IMG/VR virus record: IMGVR_UViG_3300046501_000132
Location: 106,685 to 170,684 of that record
Origin: a virus
Strand: one strand, 5' to 3'
DNA length: 64,000 nucleotides
Part shown: positions 57,699 through 64,000 of the stretch, one piece after another
How the letters are laid out: every line of letters begins with the position of its first letter
How positions within the stretch are numbered: position 1 is the first letter of the stretch
Position numbers and translations under genes: made by a program
The notes under the pieces: model-generated
The model's input: the letters and a program-made list of their open reading frames with translations, nothing else
What the model was told of the DNA's origin: nothing
Databases searched by the model: none

Positions 57699-57830
57699 CG
57701 ATATTTCAAATTCACGTACTAGGGGAATACCCTATAGACGCAAAACCAAGTTTCAAGTTATACTAACCCAAACAGATTAATTTTCCGTGGACTTGGAAAT
57801 AAAAATCACGCCCCGAAGGGCGGATTCTTC

Positions 57831-58043
57831 TTAGAAATCGAGCGAATCAATCTCCGCTCCATCCGCACGAGCGAACTTAGCGAGGGTTTCGAACGAAGTA
57901 ACGAGACTTTCAAAAGCCAGCCGATAATCATTCGGAAACCGATAATTAGGCCGGCACGTGCCAATATAGACCGTATCCGATTGCAGGGCTTCAATCGCTT
58001 CCTTCAGAGCCTTCATCGAATTAGCAGTATTCACCAGGGACAT
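57831..58043 (-). CDS. hypothetical early protein
   Basis: starts in the 46-bp repeat. Confidence 0.7.
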   Translation of the reverse strand: MSLVNTANSMKALKEAIEALQSDTVYIGTCRPNYRFPNDYRLAFESLVTSFETLAKFARADGAEIDSLDF

Positions 58044-58152
58044 TTCGTTACTCCGGTATAAGAATTGAACTAGACTCTAGTATAACGGAAATTCGCCAAC
58101 CGCGTACTAGGGCAAACCCTACTTCCCGTAACCACCTCCTATGTGAACCGGA

Positions 58153-58262
58153 GGTGTTTGGTCTAGTATAACTGAGTTTTCAAAATAACGCGAGGGTTTC
58201 CAGGATCAAGACCGATAGACTAGGGAGCAAAGAAAAAGCCCCGTTCGCGCGGGGCTTCGGAG
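58153..58262. repeat. ~110-bp degenerate repeat (terminator + orphan promoter), second copy ~58843-58951
   Basis: shared GGTGTTTGG, TAGTATAACTGAG, AGGGTTTCCAGGATCAAGACCG, AAGAAAAAGCCCCG..CGGGGCTTC. Confidence 0.85.
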
Positions 58263-58280
58263 TGATTCCGGGGGAGGGGC

Positions 58281-58736
58281 TTAGACTTCGAACTGATCCG
58301 CGTAATCGGTTTTGGCGATAAAATCTTCCACGGTCACATAGGTCGAATCGGCTTTATGCACGCCGACACAGATTTCGTCGGAGTATACCGCGATCACCGA
58401 GCCGTTCGAACCACGAGCCACGAAAACCGTCACGCCGTTAGCCAGTACCTTCACGCCCCCGGCCGGCAGACCCACATCAGCCGCCGCCGCCGCGAGAATT
58501 TGAAAGAATTCCGAACGGTTGATTTTGTGGGCGATAGCCGGGAATTCGGCATAGAGTCGGTTAGCCTCATCAGCGGCGCGGGCGGCCCAGGCTAGTTCAC
58601 CCCGCGTATAGAAACCGTTCATCGACACGGCCCACTCGCCTTCGTCGCGGATGTAGGTGAACGGCGAGTGGTCTTCTTGGAGGCGGGCGATACCGGCGTT
58701 GGAGAGGATTTGTTCGATAGTACGGTTGGCTTTCAT
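58281..58736 (-). CDS. hypothetical early protein
   Basis: CCGGA RBS, module variant upstream. Confidence 0.7.
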   Translation of the reverse strand: MKANRTIEQILSNAGIARLQEDHSPFTYIRDEGEWAVSMNGFYTRGELAWAARAADEANRLYAEFPAIAHKINRSEFFQILAAAAADVGLPAGGVKVLANGVTVFVARGSNGSVIAVYSDEICVGVHKADSTYVTVEDFIAKTDYADQFEV

Positions 58737-58967
58737 TTTCGTTATCCGGTAGTAAGTTGTAGTAGAGTCTCTAGAATAGGCGGAATCGGCAAATTCGTCT
58801 ACTAGGGACAAACCCTAACAGGGGAACCCAGCTGTTTTGAAAGGTGTTTGGGGTAGTATAACTGAGATTTCAAGTTAGGGGAAGGGTTTCCAGGATCAAG
58901 ACCGCTAGGCGTCTAGAAAAAGAAAAAGCCCCGTTTCCGGGGCTTCAGGAGGGGGAGAACCGCGCGT

Positions 58968-59234
58968 TTAGCCGATTACGTTAATCCCCGCGCCTAGGGC
59001 GATACTGAGGACTTCCGACTGAACTTGATGACGAATCGCGTAGATGACCGGGAAGAACCGACCGTCTTTCCCCGCGAGGATAGCGAGGCAGAAGCCAATA
59101 TTCCCCGCGTTTTCGAGCGAGATTCCGACGGCGGCGAGGCGCTTATACGCGGCTTTCTCCGCATTCTCATAGGTCGCGTAGGTCTTCACAGCTTCAATAT
59201 CGCGGCGGATAAAGGTAGCAACGGTCATTTTCAT
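58968..59234 (-). CDS. hypothetical early protein
   Basis: CCGGAG RBS; KTYATYENAEKA, GRFFPV. Confidence 0.7.
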   Translation of the reverse strand: MKMTVATFIRRDIEAVKTYATYENAEKAAYKRLAAVGISLENAGNIGFCLAILAGKDGRFFPVIYAIRHQVQSEVLSIALGAGINVIG

Positions 59235-59266
59235 TTTCTCCGGTAGTAGGGTATTAGGAGGGGATT

Positions 59267-59416
59267 TTAGAGATAGCCGCGAGAAAAGGCGAACGAGCGG
59301 ACGCGGGAATCGTCCGACTCAATCCACCCATTCGAGCCGCCCTCATCGCGTTCAATCCGACCGTCCCAGGTCACGCGGTATTTCCGGCCAGCGTACATAA
59401 ATTCAATCGCGTTCAT
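59267..59416 (-). CDS. 49-aa hypothetical protein, first gene of the early array
   Basis: MNAIEFMYAGRKYRVTWDG...; GGAG RBS and promoter module. Confidence 0.6.
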   Translation of the reverse strand: MNAIEFMYAGRKYRVTWDGRIERDEGGSNGWIESDDSRVRSFAFSRGYL

Positions 59417-59459
59417 CCCCAATCTCCAATAACGTTTTAGCTAGACTCTAGTATAGCCC

Positions 59460-61200
59460 GGATTACAAGATTCAGGGGCGATTACTATAACTTTTTTTAT
59501 TAGGACAAACCCTAATACATACCGGACTTTAACCCGCGAATCTATGCTAATGCGTCTAGAATGTGATCTAAGCGATTTTCGGCCCTAGACGTATCTACCC
59601 TTGAGGTGCCTGTTTATATCCTTATCTATGAGCTAATAGAGCCTATACGACGATTAACCCTAGAGAACCCGTAGAACCGTATAGGACGAGAAAGAACCGT
59701 GCTCTATAGGGCTTCGCTATATAAGAAAGCCGATAGGTTCAAGACACTCCCGCTTCCCGTAAAGCCTATTAGAGTCCTACCGGCCTATAGGGGGAATTCG
59801 GGGCGTGGAATAACAGAGTAAGTGCGTACTAACTTTGTTCGGTGATATATAACCGTATAGGATCGCGCTATCATTCGCCTAAATATGATATGTTTTGCCT
59901 ATATGTGTAGTGATAGATTTTGACGATGCGAGCACGATTGTGATAGGCAAAACCTTGATAGGACGTGGCTATGCTCTCTTATTTGCTATAGGATGAGCCT
60001 ATGAATAGATTGTGACTATGAGACTTGTGTTGTTGATAGGCAATAGTGAGCATCTATCACACCTATTGTGCAATAGGATATGCCTATGAATAGCAAAATT
60101 CTATCGGAACACATCAGCAATAGTGTTTAGCCTAGGGCTATTGTCTAGTCCTCCGTATAGGGAATGACTATGAACACACGATAGCGAAAACCTTTCAATT
60201 GGGCTCTAGGGATAGACACATGGCCTATGGCCGGTCGTCTCCCGATAACCATTGCCTATTAGGGAAAAGCTATGGGATCTGCATTGGGATAGCCTAGAGC
60301 TATATTGAACCATCTACTATAGATCGCAAGAAAAGTAAAGGGTTTCACAAAAATATTCCTATATACCGAATCCCTATAGAAAACGTGAATCCTTATCCTC
60401 CATGGAAATAGCTCATTTAAGCTGTTTTTCACGTTTTAGCTACTACCCCCTAGACCACGGTGCGTTTGTCGAGCTACTGGGTTCTGGTCATAGGACCGTG
60501 CTAGCAGTGCTCTAAGCCTAGGCAGAGTCATTCCCCATAGGGGTATAGCCTCGCCTAGCGAACTTCGCCCCGTAGCTCATCCTATAGGGTTATAGCTCAT
60601 TATTGTCCCTGCCTATAGGGAAGCGTATGTGATAGGGAGAATTATCTTTACTTTCCTATAGGGATAGGCTTGTGTATAATACCCATATACCCGAAGGGGA
60701 TATGGATCAATGTACCCTAGTACGATGCAAGGTTATTCTAAAGTCTAATCGTATCATTCTATCAAGTCATTCGTCCTATAGGGGAAAGCTATGGGAGGGT
60801 CATTAGTATTACCTATAGGGAGAACCAATGCAATAGTCAGGCACGATCACCTGGGCTGTGTAGAGCAGTGGATACATCTATCAAGATCGTGTGGGGAATA
60901 GGCAATGTTAATGCAGGGCGTGAAGCGGGGATAGCTTTGGCCTATGGGGCTGTGGGATGCGATTGGAAAATGTAACTAGACTTTTGGTTGAATGTCGTAT
61001 AGGGAGAATTGCGGGCTCCCGAAGGGGGTGGGCGTAACCATCACAGTTTATGTTTAATCACCATCAATCAGGATAACCTTGGAAAATAAATTGTGTGGGG
61101 GGGGGTATATGTGGAAAAAATTTGGACCCCCACCCCCTATGAAATAAAAACACCAGGCCGGGGGTATATGTGCAAAAATTCTGAGGGGTGGGTACTACAG
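59460..61200. other. long non-coding region, candidate replication origin or packaging/entry site
   Basis: no ORF of 60 aa or more on either strand; repeated CCTATAGG palindromes; G/C tracts at right end. Confidence 0.55.
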
Positions 61201-61371
61201 GCATCTACAGATGTCGTTGTTTATTATACAAGATACCATCACTCTTTCTATACCAAATAAATGGGCCGTCTGGATCTTCTCTATCTACGACAAACACTGA
61301 TTTATATGTCAATAACGCACTATGTCCTTCCCTCGTCTTGAAATATCCTAGATCATCAAAGATATGCTCAA

Positions 61372-61668
61372 TCAATTCAACCCCTCTAGAACCTCTTTCA
61401 ATCCTGTAGTGTCAATATACCAAGTTCCATATTGTAGTCGATACAATACTGCTTCCTTGGAAGTTTCTTCCTCGCTCCACTGTCCCTCTAGACCGTAACA
61501 AGAACAATGTGATCCGTTACACTCATACAACTGACCGTCTTTGAGATAGAGAGTGAATGCATGCCCCTCATATTTGGCATACTCATAGCAATGGAACAAG
61601 ACCGTAATCCCTTCCACCTGCTCGTCCGTCAATACCCAATCACTCTTTACCTGTTCCAATAGATTCAT
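61372..61668 (-). CDS. hypothetical phage protein
   Basis: YEG.AF.L..KDGQLYECNGSHCSCYGLEGQW pattern. Confidence 0.7.
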   Translation of the reverse strand: MNLLEQVKSDWVLTDEQVEGITVLFHCYEYAKYEGHAFTLYLKDGQLYECNGSHCSCYGLEGQWSEEETSKEAVLYRLQYGTWYIDTTGLKEVLEGLN

Positions 61669-61846
61669 ATTCCCTCTCTAATCTGATCCTATGATTCAAT
61701 ACTCTCCGAGCGTGACGATGCTCTATCTTCTTATCCCTTGAACGCGCTCTCTTACTACGATTGTTCCTATAGGTCTCATTGGGGTAAATATCATGCCCGG
61801 GACAACACCAACCTGGCTCTGTTACCGTTAGAATCTCACGTCTCAT
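61640..61846 (-). CDS. basic hypothetical protein
   Basis: Arg-rich, CCPGH. Confidence 0.5.
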   Translation of the reverse strand: MRREILTVTEPGWCCPGHDIYPNETYRNNRSKRARSRDKKIEHRHARRVLNHRIRLEREYESIGTGKE

Positions 61847-61898
61847 ATTCGTGTCTCAGGATACTCGCACACCCCATATCGGGTGGTATAGACGATCT

Positions 61899-62075
61899 TC
61901 ACTTTGCCATTTCTCCGATCTCACGCGCGCACGGAAGACAAATATGTATGTTCATTCCCCGATTCCGATAGCTATACCAAGACACCATAGTCTGTCCCTT
62001 CTCAATCGGCTTATCACAACACCGACAAAAAGCAACTCGTTCGGCGGCTCGAACCTCTGCACCAAATGTGTCCAT
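61899..62075 (-). CDS. zinc-finger small protein
   Basis: CRCC...HICLPC; TAATG coupling. Confidence 0.55.
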   Translation of the reverse strand: MDTFGAEVRAAERVAFCRCCDKPIEKGQTMVSWYSYRNRGMNIHICLPCAREIGEMAK

Positions 62076-62560
62076 TATAGTGTCGCGTAACGAATCTTGA
62101 AACACCACATAGGATTGAACGAGTCTTTACCAATACTTCGATACCGTTCCACCTTCATAAATGCAACCGCCTTTGGTTTGAACTTACTGAAGTTGTCATA
62201 GAATTGTTCATAGTATCCATTGGCAGTCGCTTCCTCACCACCCGGTCCTAGGCGATACTTCTCACCCGGAGTGTAAAGACCGCGAGATACAGCAGTCAGC
62301 TGCCCTTCTTCACGATTCTCTACCGGAAGTTTCATATCATCCAAAAGATGGATGCCGAGATTCTTCACAGCCAACTTGAACGCTCGTTCCACGTCCGTCT
62401 GGGTGTAGTCGTAAACGGTTGGATCAGATTGAAGTGCATGAACAACCTGATGCTCAATGGATTGTGCGAACTTCAGTAGTTCATTTTCATTCAGCAAGGT
62501 CACTACAATCCCAGCGGCCTGGGCCGTCGACATAATGCTGTGTTTCTCAAAAATACTCAT
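62075..62560 (-). CDS. hypothetical protein
   Basis: 161 aa, ATGA overlap. Confidence 0.6.
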   Translation of the reverse strand: MSIFEKHSIMSTAQAAGIVVTLLNENELLKFAQSIEHQVVHALQSDPTVYDYTQTDVERAFKLAVKNLGIHLLDDMKLPVENREEGQLTAVSRGLYTPGEKYRLGPGGEEATANGYYEQFYDNFSKFKPKAVAFMKVERYRSIGKDSFNPMWCFKIRYATL

Positions 62561-62740
62561 TCCATATCCTCCGGCTTGGGGTACTCATACCCCTCTGCTG
62601 TGTTCAGCAAATAACAAATCCGTTGTGCGTCTTTAGGACTATCACAACGACAAATCTCACGGCCCTGTCCTTCAAATGATGTGTCGATGATGAGATTCCA
62701 CAGAGGCGACCTCACCGGCATATACTTGACCGGGACGGCA

Positions 62741-62959
62741 TCAGTCATCATCTTCCTCACGATACATACGTTGGGCTTCTTCAATACCTTCCCAATTATC
62801 AACACCTGCGTCCTCTAGACAAGAGAGCCAATGTAGCTGATCTTCATTCTTGTCCAACTTATCTGCTGCCTCTTGCAGCAGTGGAATAATATTGGCCAGA
62901 TGCATCGGTGTGCGACGCAGTTCCTGAATTACATCACGTAGTTTTTCTTGAATCGACAT
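62741..62959 (-). CDS. hypothetical phage protein
   Basis: WLSCLEDAGVDNWEG motif common in small phage proteins. Confidence 0.7.
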   Translation of the reverse strand: MSIQEKLRDVIQELRRTPMHLANIIPLLQEAADKLDKNEDQLHWLSCLEDAGVDNWEGIEEAQRMYREEDDD

Positions 62960-62965
62960 ATCTGG

Positions 62966-63484
62966 TTAGTTTCCTTCAAAATCATTAATCCAAAATTGAT
63001 GACGAATGTGCATTAGCGCTTTACCCAGGAGATTCAGACCTCTCCAATTCTTACGGTTAAGCGCACGTTCATCATCCGGTGCAAGACCAATGCCCCAGAC
63101 CTTATCCACAGGCGAGGCTTCAACAATCTCGTTAGGATATGTGGCGATCAGTGCATCCTTAAGTCTCTGGCACTGTTCAAACTTTGCTTGAACAGCTTCA
63201 ATCATACACCAATAGCGTTTCTGTTCCCAAACCTTTTCATCAAAATTTGGAATACCAGCACGGCCAAATCGCTTGGCATGATAGGGAGACATCTTCGAAA
63301 TCTCACGCAAAATCTCCGGGCCTGTCCCGAAAGTCTTTGCCTTCAATGCGATAAACAATCCCTCACTATGGTCGTACTCTAGGCCATCCGCCGTCCGAAT
63401 CTTCAGATCATCATCCTCATACCAATTGGAGTAGATACTATCATTCTGCCAAAACAGAATCATTCCATTCTTTTCAACTTGCAT
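62966..63484 (-). CDS. NADAR-family hydrolase
   Basis: YSNWY, AKRFGR, AKFEQ, IVEASPVDKVWGIG, WRGLNLLGKALM. Confidence 0.92.
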   Translation of the reverse strand: MQVEKNGMILFWQNDSIYSNWYEDDDLKIRTADGLEYDHSEGLFIALKAKTFGTGPEILREISKMSPYHAKRFGRAGIPNFDEKVWEQKRYWCMIEAVQAKFEQCQRLKDALIATYPNEIVEASPVDKVWGIGLAPDDERALNRKNWRGLNLLGKALMHIRHQFWINDFEGN

Positions 63485-63707
63485 CGTATTCGATATACAT
63501 ATTATTGTCTTCAACAATCGTCATTACGACTGTCGCGCCACCAACACGATCTGCAATCAAATCTACAGCCTCATCTTGCGTATCTCGATTCCCAAGAAAC
63601 TTGTCCATTCCTAGGGAATTCGCCGCGCGCTGTACGGCATCAAACGATCCATCGTGTCTTTTATACAAACGGAAAAACATTGGTATATCCTTTGCGCTGG
63701 CGCGCAT
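63474..63707 (-). CDS. hypothetical protein
   Basis: coupled run. Confidence 0.45.
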   Translation of the reverse strand: MRASAKDIPMFFRLYKRHDGSFDAVQRAANSLGMDKFLGNRDTQDEAVDLIADRVGGATVVMTIVEDNNMYIEYDAS

Positions 63708-63940
63708 TAAAACCGACTAGTCAAACGAATGCCTAGATCAACAAAGTCATCAGCCTTCAGCTTTTTCTCAGCAAAAGGATCAATAAAGACGTTATCAAGA
63801 CGCTTGCCAATCAGACCGATTCTCATATTTGTCATGGTCAGGAAATAGACCTTACAGCCATTTTTGAATCGAATCATATCCTTCAGAACCTGATCAACTT
63901 CCGTATACAGATCCAGAGAATCAAGAATCTCGCGGAACAA
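63707..63940 (-). CDS. hypothetical protein
   Basis: coupled run, start uncertain. Confidence 0.45.
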   Translation of the reverse strand: MFREILDSLDLYTEVDQVLKDMIRFKNGCKVYFLTMTNMRIGLIGKRLDNVFIDPFAEKKLKADDFVDLGIRLTSRF

Positions 63941-64000
63941 CTCACGCGGATGACCGCTTTCTGGAGCATAGATGTAGGCCAGGGTTCCATTCGGCAGTAG

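Larger units (their letters stand above)
56214..59455 (-). repeat. seven dispersed copies of TATACTAGAGTCTAG (-10 and start-site motif)
   Basis: + strand CTAGACTCTAGTATA at 56214, 56697, 57099 (1 mismatch), 57519, 57682, 58070, 59441, each just upstream of a start codon. Confidence 0.9.

Noticed and set aside
51700-59520. CRISPR array or integron suggested by the many repeats
   Set aside because: Repeats are separated by whole genes of variable length, match promoter/RBS elements, and no cas or tyrosine integrase gene or attC consensus is visible
1-64000. tRNA, tmRNA or rRNA genes
   Set aside because: No cloverleaf with T-loop and acceptor stem found by eye in intergenic gaps; a tRNAscan/ARAGORN run would be needed to be certain
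1-64000. Genome-wide stop-codon reassignment
   Set aside because: Core genes are full length in the standard code and use TAA, TGA and TAG as stops

Overview
The window is 64 kb of a lytic T4-superfamily myophage. Gene order and the CTAAATA-type late promoters resemble Ackermannviridae/phiW-14-like phages; the host is probably a proteobacterium but cannot be determined from the sequence. From left to right: (1) an early operon with glycosyltransferase, PIG-L/LmbE de-N-acetylase and a second glycosyltransferase, followed by nucleotide-pool enzymes (1.6-6.7 kb); (2) a late tail/baseplate block (gp29/27/53/48/4/54/2-like) with an embedded Rz/Rz1 spanin pair (8-15.8 kb); (3) many small hypothetical genes and a TelA/vWA/TerD/TerC-like cluster (16-29 kb); (4) replication and nucleotide genes: gp41 helicase, HNH, gp40, UvsX, dUTPase, dNMP kinase, dUMP hydroxymethylase, DNA ligase (29.5-40 kb); (5) a leftward early region built from repeated box/hairpin/promoter/RBS modules, each driving one small gene (about 51.5-59.5 kb); (6) a 1.75 kb gene-free region rich in CCTATAGG palindromes. 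The strongest novelty candidates are a probable hydroxymethyluracil plus amino-sugar DNA hypermodification pathway, an ORF-free, extensively base-paired ~300-nt RNA with its own promoter (46977-47297), and co-varying RNA hairpins superimposed on early promoters. All assignments are from motif recognition by eye; no searches were run.
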